From Podarcis vaucheri (lineage: Eukaryota), in NCBI GenBank assembly GCA_965113315.1, contig OZ220382.1: a stretch of DNA of 64,000 nucleotides. One strand, written 5' to 3'. Position 1 is the first letter of the stretch; every line of letters starts with the position of its first letter. A program made the translations under genes and the position numbers. This document shows, in pieces, positions 12,478-23,403 of this stretch. The notes under the pieces are model-generated. The model did no database searches. It had not been told where the DNA came from and saw only the letters and a program-made list of their open reading frames with translations.

Positions 12478-15400
12478 GAGGAGTCTATTTAGGCCTTGAG
12501 CAAAACTAGCACTTTGAACTGTATCCAGAACCCAACTAAAGGGCAGTTCAGGTCATTCAGTGGAGCCCTCATGACCACAAGGCCCTGTTTCCTGGCAAAC
12601 TGGCTCTGTCAGGGGGCAGAGGTTATTTTTGGATTTGGAATGTAACGTGCAGCTGAGCTGAAGGCTATCAATTTTATTTATAAAAACTACAAAGCATTAC
12701 AATCATCTTACATCCCTCACTTTAGATGATGGGAACCCTTTCAGCAAACGACATGACCTCTAGAACTTGGCTGTGATCCAGCCCTTTCCAGACCTAGCCT
12801 GCTTCGAGGAGCTGACAGACAAGGGTGTTTAAATGGCAGGTAGACAACACAGCAGATACTTCCTATAACAGGTGCCACCATAGGACACTGCTAAAGCATT
12901 TCTAGAGATATAAATTCCCACATAGTACCACCCTGGCATATAACTAACTGTGGGAGAATCATATTTTAAGGGGCAGGGGAAGATAGAAACAGAATTAACC
13001 ACTTAAAGGCCCCAGAATCCAAATCTCCAGGCATGTCAAAAACATACTGCCTAAAACTCCTCAGAATCACAATGGCATTGGTGGGGACCTCAGTGCTGGA
13101 GGCTGAATGTAGTATTCCAGCCCTCTAGACTTAGCTTAGAAACAAGCCTATCCACCGCCCCCAGGTCATACCACTGCTTTGCACCCTCCACAAGTATATC
13201 TAGCTAGGATGTGTCCTCGAATTAGTATAATGCCTCTTGCTTAACTGGATAGAGAATGGAGAGGTGACTGTGTGTGTCGAATCCACTGACTGGAATATAG
13301 CTTACTCTGCAAAGGCTAAGAATCACATCCAGTGTTCTTTCCCTGCCCTTCATTAGAATGTGGCCCCTGGATGGTTGTCTATGAAGTAATATGGACCTCT
13401 TTGTCTGAGAAAGATTCCTCACCCCTGCTCCAGAGTAACCTAAACTACAAACAAGTCCTAATGACATTCTTGATAGATAGGTAGGTGGGAAGAAGCCGCA
13501 AGAGAAGCAATTAGGAGGCATTTAATTCATCATCATGCCTTTATTTATTTATTTATTTATTTATACATTATAAGCTGAACTAAGAAACGAAATCACTATT
13601 CCCCCACTTTATATATAGGAGAGAAGGGAGGGGCAATAAATAAATAAACCTGCTAGATCTAAAATAGCAGAACTTGCAAAGTAGATAAATATTATTTGTA
13701 CTCCTGAGTGCAGGAGTTCAACTCCTACATCATTAAGAAAACAAGCTGAAGACAGACTAATGCACTGACTTTCTGTCCTACGCGACTAATGATTATTTTG
13801 GAGAACAAGTATTTATTTCTTATACCTTTAAAGAACCCTAAAGCAATGGGGGTAATTATTGAGATTCAACATCCAGCAATTACGGGGGAGTGAAGATGGG
13901 AAGTAATAGAGCTTGCACATTACTTCCCCCCTCCCCCCATGGCAATCAACTATTTCTGTGCAATTTTCAACCTTCCATCTTTTATAACATTTGATGAGGG
14001 ATCATACCAAGCCAGGAATGAGTTTAGAAATAAAGAATAGAGCCAAAAGGGTAATTAGAATTTACCAGCAACACCAGCTTATATTTCTGACAGGTCCTAA
14101 ATGCTGAGAAATGTTCCTTCCTTGACTCATCAAGGCGATGGTGACTGGTGCCCTTTGGAACTGGTGTGGCAGAAGACAGAATAAATCAAAGGCAGGTGGA
14201 GCCAGAACCAATGACAAGCAGACCCAACAATTGCTTGTTTTGCCCCCATCCTCCTCCCTGCCAAGAACTAAAAGGGGAAGGCTGAGACAAAGGATGAGGA
14301 AGCCAGCTGTGGCCATGTCCTAGGCTGGTTGCTAGTAAGAAGGCAAACAGGTTGGGGCTGGTTAAGAGCAGACTGAGCTTGGCAGCCTCCAGTTCATCAG
14401 GGATGTTTACCAATCGACCTGGATCCAGAGAGGGACACCTTCTCTCATACCCCATAACTTGAGATCTGATGATGAGGCACAGGTTTCTTCAGGGCAAGTG
14501 TTTAGAAACTTTAACCCTTCAGAGGTTGCTGAGCTACAATTCCCATCATTCCTAGTCATTGGCCATGCTTCTTAGGATGGATGGGTGCTATAGTGCAGCA
14601 ACATCTTCAGGGCCACAGGTTCCCCATACATGATATAAGGGGGTGAAGGGTACTTGATGGGTGCTTACTGTGGAATTGGTGCTTCCCATGCATGCAAGCT
14701 TTTTGCAGCATCTATTCCACACAACATGGAAATGCCAACTCATATTCCCACCCCTATCCCTTTATGGCTGGGACAGATCAGTCTGCAGAGCCTGAGACTC
14801 TTAAGGTCAAGCCCCAGGTTGGGGGCATTGCAGGGGGTTACACTAAATTACTCTTGTGGTCCCTTCCAACTCTACAATTCTATGTTTCTATGATTCTGAA
14901 GATTATATTGGGGAAGTTTAATCTGGAGTACTATGATATCACTTTAAACAGTCATGGCTCCCCCCAAAAGAATTCTGGGAGCCGTTGTTTTTAAGGGTTC
15001 TGAGAGTTGCTAGGAGACTCCCATTGCCCTCACAGAGCTCCAGTTATACAGTTCCCCCCGGAACAGGAAGTGATTGTTAAACCACCCTGGGAATTGTAGC
15101 TCTGCAATTCACAGGGTGGTTTAACAATCAGTCTCTCGTTCAGAAGACAGACTGATAACCGCAGGATTAAGAGCCTCCTAACAACTCTCAGCACCCTTAA
15201 CTAATGACAGTTCCTAGCATTCTTTGGGAAAATCATACCTGTGTAAAATGGTCTATTTCTGCTTTAAATGTACAGTGTGGATGTGCCCCACAACTGTTAA
15301 TGCAGTTTAAGTCAATAGCATGAAAATGCCCTTTTTCTTTCCTCTTATTTTATCCTTCTTCCAAAGAGCACAGCATGGCATTACATCAGGGTTGGGGGAC

Positions 15401-15589
15401 TTGTGTTCCTCCGGATGTTGCTAGACATCAACTTCCATCAGTCCCAGCCAGCATGGCCAATGACCAGGGATGATGGGAGTTGTAGTCCAGTTAATTTCCC
15501 CCTCTAGAGACGTTGCTTAGGAAACAAATGCTGGAGTGGTTGCTCTCATCAATACACAGATCTATCCTAAAATCTAAGGAGATTTTCAG

Positions 15590-15849
15590 CAGGGCCGTAA
15601 CTAGGGGGTGATGAGGTGGGCCCAGCCAGGGGTGCAGGTGAGGGGGGAGCGCAAAATGGGCTTTAAAATATGTCTATAAATAAAAATATTGATTATTGCC
15701 TCTTGGAAAAGGTTTTAAATAGAGGGTGAATTGAATGGGTGGAGGGGGGATTGGAGGAGAGGTGGAAAGAAGAGCTAATTTGTCCATGGTTAGGGGGCAC
15801 AATCTGGATGGTTCTGCCAGGGATGCAAGATCACCTAGCTACGGCTCTG
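15590..15849. mobile_element. hAT-type MITE
   Basis: cagggccgtaactagg / cctagctacggctctg; degenerate 8-bp TSD attttcag / gttttcac. Confidence 0.7.
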
Positions 15850-17521
15850 GTTTTCACCTAAGTGCTTCTACTGGCACAAAGATCTCTGCTTCTGCAATGG
15901 AATAGCCCCCTCCTCCATACTCTTTCTATGTGCCCCCACACCCTACCAAATCTGCTCTGGAGGGTTGGGGAAAACCTGTTGGGTACAAACTACCTTGCCT
16001 TCCTTCAGTCAGCAGAGGATAGGGTTGAGAGTAACAGACAGTCAGGGAAAACTATACTTTGTGGTTTCTTGCTAAACTCATATGTTACACTTCTTCCTCT
16101 TCCCTGCTCTCCATTTCTTTCCTCTCCCTTACATGAGGCAGCCATGAGAAGTAGCTCCCACCATCTAAGCTTAGAATCTGAAGCCATCCTTGGAAATGGG
16201 AAGAAACTGTAAGTAAATAACACCCCCCCCCCTTTACCAATGGGACCTTTGCATTTACTTGTTTAAGCAATGCTAGTGATGTGGGGATCAGACAGAACAG
16301 GTGGTGGGACTTGTGTAGCCTCCGCTTCAAAGCATTTTAACTCTAATATATATTACTATTTTTTTAAAAAAAAACAGGGGTGGAGGGAGAGGAGAGAGAA
16401 AGGGGAAGTTTTGTTGCACAACCTGTCCTTTGGCTAGTAGAAGCACTTCTTTGGCTACCACCCACAGTACTTTAAAGGAGGGATGGGGAAACCTGCAGCT
16501 CTCCAGGTGGACAACAATTCCCACCATCCCTAAGCATCGGCCATATTGGCAATGACTGATGGGAATTGTAGTCCATCAACATCTGGGGTGGGAAAGGTTA
16601 GCCATCACTGCTTAAAAGAGAAGACTGAAGACTCAGAAGAATGTCGGCGAAGTGCAGCAGAAGGCCTCCTTCCATCCGAGCCATAAAACATCCATCAAAA
16701 TCCAACCCATTCGTCATTTTTGGACCAAGTCCTATTTTTAGGTTGAAATCTGTTCTGAGATGTTAACAATGTGCATTGATTCCCTTCTTTTCCTTTCAGA
16801 AGTAGAGGCATGCTGCTTAAGGCATGGCTTTAATACAGACATGATTTTGCAACTCGTTTTACATATAATTGCTTTTGATATTTAAAAATAAATAAAATTA
16901 AAAACAGCTGAGTGACTGTGGTTCCCTGTGTGTGTGTGTGTGGTTTTTTAAAATTGGCTGCTGAACATTCAGTATATTTTTTTATCCTACAATCACTCAT
17001 AAGGATCTGCTGTGGCTATCATATATCCTAAAAGTGCAATTACTGTAGAGACTTTCTGGTCTATTGGCTGGAGAATGCTTGTGTAATGACTGTGGAATGG
17101 GTGGGTGGGTGAAGACCCCGATCCTGCAAAGATTCTAAAGATTCAATAATATTGTGACTGCACTTGGGAGAATAAGTTTAGGATGCCGCATCATACACTT
17201 CCGCTCTCAGGTCCAATGCTCAGAAAGAAATGAGAGTATTTTATCAATTTATTGTTGTAATCACAGACCCTTCAAGTGTCCCTATTTTTCAGGGGCATCC
17301 TAAATTTACAGAAGCCATCCCAGTTTTTTATTTGATCCCAGAAGTTCCCACTTTTCCTTAGGACATCCCTATTTTCATTGGAGAAATGTTGGAGTGTATG
17401 GAGTTATGTGATCCCTGAGCCAAGGAGATAAGTAACCCTACAACCTTTAGAAGAAATATGAGGGCAGCCCTATATAGTTTTATTCTGTTTTTATATGTGT
17501 TGGAAGGAGTATATGTGTGGC

Positions 17522-17522
<1 letters not shown>

Positions 17523-17580
<58 letters not shown>

Positions 17581-17583
17581 TAT
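17523..17583. repeat. (TTA)n microsatellite
   Basis: Direct reading; similar tracts at ~31409-31448, ~33655-33700 and ~40390-40443. Confidence 0.95.
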
Positions 17584-17853
17584 AGAATAGGATGTCCCTA
17601 TTTTCTTTGGAGAAATGTTGGTGGATATGTAATTCTCATCCTCATTACATCAAGACTTTGTGCTTGGAGCAGATGAAAGGACTTGAGAGCTATCTTATGT
17701 CTGATGCATACCGTATGTCTTATGCATTTGAATGAGACTACTCTAAGCATAAGAAAGATTGCATTCTGCATTGCTTTCATTGTATTTTAGCCTTTTGTGT
17801 TCGTAAATGAAGCTGTGCACCACATTACTTTTTTGAGGGGTTGTCTATAAATG

Positions 17854-17855
<2 letters not shown>

Positions 17856-17887
<32 letters not shown>
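17856..17887. repeat. (AT)16 at the 3' end of PLE copy A
   Basis: Direct reading. Confidence 0.95.
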
Positions 17888-17889
<2 letters not shown>

Positions 17890-17971
17890 TTTCGTAGATT
17901 TTCACGGGTACAGGAATGCAGGTTTTGGTGTCCTCGGGTGTCTTCCCGTGTAAGAGTCGGGGTGTCTGTGC

Positions 17972-18005
17972 GACGTTTCGACGAGGTCTCACTCGTCATC
18001 TTCAG
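17972..18005 (-). ncRNA. Minimal hammerhead ribozyme motif (PLE pLTR, copy A)
   Basis: CUGAAGA-U-GACGAG-ugagac-CUCGUC-GAAA-CG-UC: core boxes CUGANGA and GAAA, 6-bp stem II, palindromic ACGU stem III, GUC cleavage triplet. Confidence 0.8.
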
Positions 18006-18239
18006 GCTGGTGCTTTCGGCTTCTTGTTACTGGAACAGAGCAGAGTCTGGTGTTTGAGTTCCTATAAATACTGTTGAGGGGTGTGGTGTATAGCCTCCAA
18101 CGTTCTGGGCAGAGAGGAAGTTCCTAGATTAGTGTGCCTTTTCTTCTTTTGTTCCTTAATTACTTGAGGGATATCTTGGGTGATTTCATGAGTGATATTC
18201 TGAATATCACTGGGTGGGTCATTAAGTGTAGATTAGTTG

Positions 18240-20240
18240 CTAAAGCTTTCGTGTCTTGACCTCTTGAGCTTGTGAAGAGTTTTTCTGAGAAGATGGCTGT
18301 GCTGCATTTAGTTGTGCTCTGGCTTGGCTTCGTGTATAGGGGCGAGCTATGGTTTTGTGCCTTGTGCCAGCCAGATCTGTGTAGGGATTGCAGGGGGGTG
18401 CAGCATCCGGAGGTGCCACTATAGTTTGGCTACTGGATGGAGTCTGTAATATGTCTGTGGAGAGGGTCTGGGTTTGGGTCTGGTGTGGTTGATTGGTGAC
18501 GGCGTTCTGTGTGCCTCTGGTTCTGGTGTCGGTTTTTGTGGGGAGGGCTAATTTCCAGATGTCTGGCAGGCGGGACGTGTCGTCACGCTTGTTCATGTTG
18601 TGAGGGTGTTTCTCTATCTCGATGGCTTCCATGATTATTCTCTTGTGGTGATGTTCCATGTTAAAGAGCAATTTGGAATCTGCAAAATTAATTTCGTGTC
18701 CTGTTTCTTTCATGTGTTGGAAAAGAGAGGAAGTTTTTTCTTCTTTTTTGACGGCATTCTTGTGTTCTGCGATACGTGCATTTATTCGTCTGTTTGTTTG
18801 TCCAATGTACGTGGCTGGGCAGACTTTGCAGGGTATTTCATAGACCCCTTGGTTTTCCAGCTGGATTTTGTCTTTTGGGTTTCTGAGGATATTGGTTATT
18901 TTTTGGTTGGTGCAGAAGGCTGTTTTGATATTGTGTTTATGGAGGATTTTGCTGATTTTGTCTGTAGTGCCCTTGATATAAGGAAGGAGGGCCATGCCAT
19001 TGTTTTCTTCTGTGTCTTGGTTTTTGGGGGGTGTTTCTTTTTGGATTAGCTTCGTAACCCTGTTTTTCTGGTATCCATTGGCGATTAACACATTTGAGAG
19101 ATTCTGTAACTCAGTTGTCAAGTGGTCTTTGTCAGCCAGGCGTTTGGTTCTGGAGATGAGAGTCTTGGCTACGGAGTTTATTTGTGCAGGGTGGTGGTGT
19201 GATTGTGCATGTAAGTAGCGGTTGGTGTGTGTTTTTTTCCGGTAGATAGTGTGTCCTAGGGAGCCATCAGGTTTTTTGTAGATTAGGACGTCAAGAAAGG
19301 GGAGTTGGTTGTTGTCTTCTATTTCCATAGTGAATTGTATTTTGGGGTGTAGGCTGTTGAGATGTGTGAGGAAGCTATCTAGTTTTTCTTTCCCGTGTGG
19401 CCAAATTACAAAGGTGTCGTCAACATATCTGAGCCAAAGTTTGGGTTTGTGTTCTGACTTGTCTAAAGCATTGGTTTCAAAGTGTTCCATGTACAAATTT
19501 GCGATGACCGGTGAGAGGGGTGATCCCATAGGTGCTCCTTCTATCTGTTTGTATCTTTGTCCATTGTGGATGAAGTACGTGTTGGTTAGGCAGTGGTTGG
19601 TCAGGTCCAGGATGTATTTGGGGGGGTTGTATTTGTTTTGAATGGCTGTCAAGGCTTCATTAATGGGCACTTGAGTGAAGAGAGATACAACATCGAAGCT
19701 CACAAGTAGGTCATCGGGATGTAGGTATTGTTTCTTTATTGTTTCTATGAACTGGAAGGAGTTAGTAACGTGTGAAGCGATGGATTCTGCATAGGGCTGA
19801 AGTTGCTTAGCGAGAAATTTAGCGAGATTTTGTAGAGGTGAGCCTATGGAGCTGACTATTGGTCTGAGTGGTGTTCCTTCTTTGTGTATCTTGGGGAGAC
19901 CGTAGAGTTTGGGGCATCTGGATGATTTTTCTCTGGGGATGATTCTTAGCTGGATTTCTTCACTGATAGGAGAGGCTTTTATTTTGGATTTGGTGGTTTT
20001 TTCCAGATAGGTGGTGGGATCTGTTTTTATAGGTTGGTAGGTAGGGTCTTGGAGTAGATTTGATAGTTTTGCTTGGTAGTCCGATGTGTTCATCACAACA
20101 GTGGCGTTGCCTTTGTCTGCTGGGAGAATGATTATGTTGTTGTCTTTCCTTAGGTTGGTGAGTGCTTTCTGTTCTTCTTTGTGTAAATTGCTTCTGGGTG
20201 GTTTGCTGGAGCAGAGGATGTTGGTGACTTCAAGTCTGAT
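18240..20240 (-). CDS. PLE reverse transcriptase + GIY-YIG endonuclease ORF (N-terminally truncated, no internal stops)
   Basis: The frame stays open 48 codons upstream of the tracked start (IRLEVTNIL...IIILPADKGNATVVM). Motifs: LYGLPKIHK, LRPIVS, SFDVVSLFT, GAPMGSPLSP, RYVDD, LPFLDV, then GVYEIPCKVCPATYIGQT...RIAEH...EAIEI...N. Confidence 0.95.
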   Translation of the reverse strand: MRLEVTNILCSSKPPRSNLHKEEQKALTNLRKDNNIIILPADKGNATVVMNTSDYQAKLSNLLQDPTYQPIKTDPTTYLEKTTKSKIKASPISEEIQLRIIPREKSSRCPKLYGLPKIHKEGTPLRPIVSSIGSPLQNLAKFLAKQLQPYAESIASHVTNSFQFIETIKKQYLHPDDLLVSFDVVSLFTQVPINEALTAIQNKYNPPKYILDLTNHCLTNTYFIHNGQRYKQIEGAPMGSPLSPVIANLYMEHFETNALDKSEHKPKLWLRYVDDTFVIWPHGKEKLDSFLTHLNSLHPKIQFTMEIEDNNQLPFLDVLIYKKPDGSLGHTIYRKKTHTNRYLHAQSHHHPAQINSVAKTLISRTKRLADKDHLTTELQNLSNVLIANGYQKNRVTKLIQKETPPKNQDTEENNGMALLPYIKGTTDKISKILHKHNIKTAFCTNQKITNILRNPKDKIQLENQGVYEIPCKVCPATYIGQTNRRINARIAEHKNAVKKEEKTSSLFQHMKETGHEINFADSKLLFNMEHHHKRIIMEAIEIEKHPHNMNKRDDTSRLPDIWKLALPTKTDTRTRGTQNAVTNQPHQTQTQTLSTDILQTPSSSQTIVAPPDAAPPCNPYTDLAGTRHKTIARPYTRSQARAQLNAAQPSSQKNSSQAQEVKTRKL

Positions 20241-20292
20241 TCAAACACCAGACTCTGCTCTGTTCCAGTAACAAGAAGCCGAAAGCACCAGC

Positions 20293-20326
20293 CTGAAGAT
20301 GACGAGTGAGACCTCGTCGAAACGTC
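20293..20326 (+). ncRNA. Hammerhead ribozyme motif in the inverted pLTR segment
   Basis: ctgaagatgacgagtgagacctcgtcgaaacgtc, the same motif on the + strand. Confidence 0.78.
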
Positions 20327-20377
20327 GCACAGACACCCCGACTCTTACACGGGAAGACACCCGAGGACACCAAAACC

Positions 20378-20380
<3 letters not shown>

Positions 20381-20408
<28 letters not shown>
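20381..20408. repeat. (AT)14 between the inverted pLTR and PLE copy B
   Basis: Direct reading. Confidence 0.95.
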
Positions 20409-20492
20409 GCTTTCGTAGATTTTCACGGGTACAGGAATGCAGGTTTTGGTGTCTTCGGGTGTCTTCCCGTGTAAGAGTCGGGGTGTCTGGGC

Positions 20493-20526
20493 GACGTTTC
20501 GACGAGGTCTCACTCGTCATCTTCAG
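20493..20526 (-). ncRNA. Hammerhead ribozyme motif (PLE pLTR, copy B)
   Basis: Same 34-nt motif, reverse complement. Confidence 0.78.
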
Positions 20527-20807
20527 GCTGGTGCTTTCGGCTTCTTGTTACTGGAACAGAGCAGAATCTGGTGTTTGAGTTCCTATAAATACTGTTGAGG
20601 GGTGTGGTGTATAGCCTCCAACGTTCTGGGCAGAGAGGAAGTTCCTAGATTAGTGTGCCTCTTCTTCTTTTGTTCCTTAATTACTTGAGGGATATCTTGA
20701 GTGATTTCATGAGTGATATTCTGAATACCACTGGGTGGGTCATTAAGTGTAGATTAGTTGCTAAAGCTTTTGTGTCTTGACCTCTTGAGCTTGTGAAGAG
20801 TTTTTCT

Positions 20808-22985
20808 TTCTTTTTTTTTTTTTTAATATGCTTTTTATTAGATTTTCTTCATCACACACATCCAAGAATAAACACAGCCAATATACATTAAAGAAGACAT
20901 TAAATAAGAAAAAGGAGTCAGGAAAGTAAGAAAAAAAAAAGAAAGAAAAAAGTGTATATACAGACAATTTACTAAAAACGACTTCCTTCCCTCCTGATTT
21001 CGGATTTCTACCTTTAATGATTTCATCATACAACTGGTGTAGGTTTTTAGTTTATAACATTGGAAGATTTAAATCAAACCTACTGTAGTTGGTAAGTTAC
21101 TAAGATTACCTTCTAAATATACCATAAATTTATTCCAATCTTCTTTTAACTTTGTATTTTTTTGATTTCTAATTCTTTGCGTCATTTTTGCCATTTCTAT
21201 AAAGCCATAAAGTTTCAATTGCCAATCTTTCACCGTTGGTAAAGTTGGGTTTTTCCAATTTTGAGCAATTAGCATTCTAGCCGCAGCTGTTGCGTATTGG
21301 AAGAGGGTTTTATCTTTTTCCGGTATTTCTTTCCCCACCATCCCTAGTAAGAAGGCCTCTGGTTTTTTGGGAAATGTGAGTCTAAGGATTTTCTTCAATT
21401 CATCATATATCTGATTCCAGAATTTTTTAACTCCCTCACATGTCCACCACATATGTATGAAGTTTCCTTCATTTGTTTTACATTTCCAGCAGGCCTTGTT
21501 ACCGGTCTTATACATCCTGTTTAGTTTTTCTGGGGTTAAATACCATCTATGTATCATTTTTTCTAGATTTTCTCTAATTGCCGCACTCGCTGTAAATTTT
21601 ATTCCTTCACTCCATAATTTTAACCATTTCTCATTTTCTATATTGTGCCCCAAGTCTCTTGCCCATTTTACCGTAACTTCTTTAATTTCTACATCTTTTG
21701 TGTCATGTTCTAATAAAATATTATACAATTTGGATAATAACTTTGTTTTACTTTCAATTATTTCAATTTGGAATTTTGATTTCTTTTCATTCATTCCTAC
21801 TTTCTTATCTTCCGTCCATCTTGCGTTAATTTGGTGGTAATGTATCCAACCCTTCAATTTTTCTTTCAATTCCTCATACGGTCTTAATTTCCAGCCTTCA
21901 TGGGAACTTGTCAGTAGATCTTCATACGTTAAACTTTGTTCATCCAAATTTGTTTTCTTGAGTGATAAAATATCTGTTGGGGACAGCCACCAGGGTGTTC
22001 TAGGTTCTAGCAGTTTTCTATTTCTTTCCCAGACCTCGTATATCGGACCTCTGATGATATGGTTCGAAAAGCTCTTATGTACTTTCCCTTTGCTTGACCA
22101 TAAGTAAGCGTGCCAGCCAAACCTGTTTTCCACCCCTTCGAGTTCCAATAGATCCTTGTTTTCCAAAGTTATCCAGTCTTTCACCCAGCATAAGCAGGCC
22201 GCTTCGTAATACAGTCTTAGGTTAGGTACCGCCAGTCCGCCTCTCTCTTTTCGATCCGTGAGTAGTTTGTATCTAATCCTTGGCCTCCTTCCCTGCCATA
22301 TAAACCTTGAGAGGACTTTCTGCCAGTCTTTAAATATTTTAGTCCCTCTAATAACCGGAATATTTTGGAAAAGGAACAACATCTTAGGTAAGATATTCAT
22401 TTTTATTGCCTCCATCCTGCCAAGCCACGAGAGGTTTACTCTATTCCATACATCCAAATCTTTTTTGACTTTATTCCAGGTCGTTGTATAATTATCTTCG
22501 ATTAAATTTATGTTTTTAGATGTGAGCCAAATACCTAAATATTTTATTTTCTTGGTTACTTCAATTCCATGTTGTCTCTCTAATTTCCCTTTTGTCTCGT
22601 TTTTCAAATTCTTTGTTAATATCTTGGTCTTTGATCTGTTCAATTTGAATCCTGCTAGTCTGCCGTATTCTTCTAGAATTTCCAACGCCTTCTCAATACT
22701 CCTTTCCGGTTCTTCTAGAGATAACATCAGGTCATCTGCATAGGCTTTTAGTTTAAACTCCCTTGATCCTATTTTGATTCCTCGGATATCAGATGTTGAT
22801 CTTATTATATTTGCCAGGACTTCTAATACTATAATGAATAAAAGCGGGGAGAGGGGACAGCCCTGCCTGGTTCCTTTTTCAATTTGGAATGTATCTGTAA
22901 GAGTGTTATTTATTACCAGTTTGGCCGTTTGTTTTGAATATATTGCCTGTATTCCTTTCAAAAATTGTCCCTCTATTCCCGCTTC
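20808..22985 (-). mobile_element. 5'-truncated L1-clade LINE (~2.2 kb) with intact partial ORF2, 3' UTR and poly(A)
   Basis: GTRQGCPLSPLLF, YADD, IKYLGI and C-terminal CCHC (CWKC...HMWWTC), stop at 21069. AATAAA at 20834-20839, poly(A) 20808-20824, perfect 15-bp TSD GTGAAGAGTTTTTCT at 20793-20807 and 22986-23000. Confidence 0.96.
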
Positions 22986-23369
22986 GTGAAGAGTTTTTCT
23001 GAGAAGATGGCTGTGCTGCATTTAGTTGTGCTCTGGCTTGGCTTCGTGTATAGGGGCGAGCTGTGGTTTTGTGCCTTGTGCCAGCCAGATCTGTGTAGGG
23101 ATTGCAGGGGGGTGCAGCATCCGGAGGTGCCACTATAGTTTGGCTACTGGATGGAGTCTGTAATATGTCTGTGGAGAGGGTCTGGGTTTGGGTCTGGTGT
23201 GGTTGATTGGTGACGGCGTTCTGTGTGCCTCTGGTCCAGTGCCTCCATCCAGTAGCCATATATCTCCTAAGCCAACTTGCCTGGGAGTAAGCACCACTGA
23301 ATTCAATAGGACTTTATTCTGAGTAAACATAGCTAGGATTACACTGTAAGCCTAACTCCAACCTGTTGT

Positions 23370-23403
<34 letters not shown>

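Larger units (their letters stand above)
17888..20382 (-). mobile_element. Penelope-like retroelement copy A (5'-truncated, with inverted pseudo-LTR segment at its 5' end)
   Basis: RT + GIY-YIG ORF, 3' pseudo-LTR 17888-18240 carrying a hammerhead motif, inverted copy of that pLTR at 20241-20382, flanked on both sides by (AT)n. Confidence 0.95.
20409..23258 (-). mobile_element. Penelope-like element copy B (3' ~630 bp only), split by an L1 insertion
   Basis: 20409-20807 and 22986-23235 match copy A 17888-18521 with 8 substitutions by my count. A 16-nt inverted piece lies at the 5' junction (23243-23258). Confidence 0.93.

Noticed and set aside
22986-23021. Apparent N-terminus MQHSHLLRKTLH of the 650-aa L1 ORF (a PLE-L1 fusion protein)
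   Set aside because: Off-frame PLE sequence plus TSD joined by chance to a truncated ORF2 that lacks the endonuclease and early RT motifs.
22906-23259. 117-aa ORF resembling the PLE C-terminus
   Set aside because: Just the truncated copy B frame running into L1 sequence.
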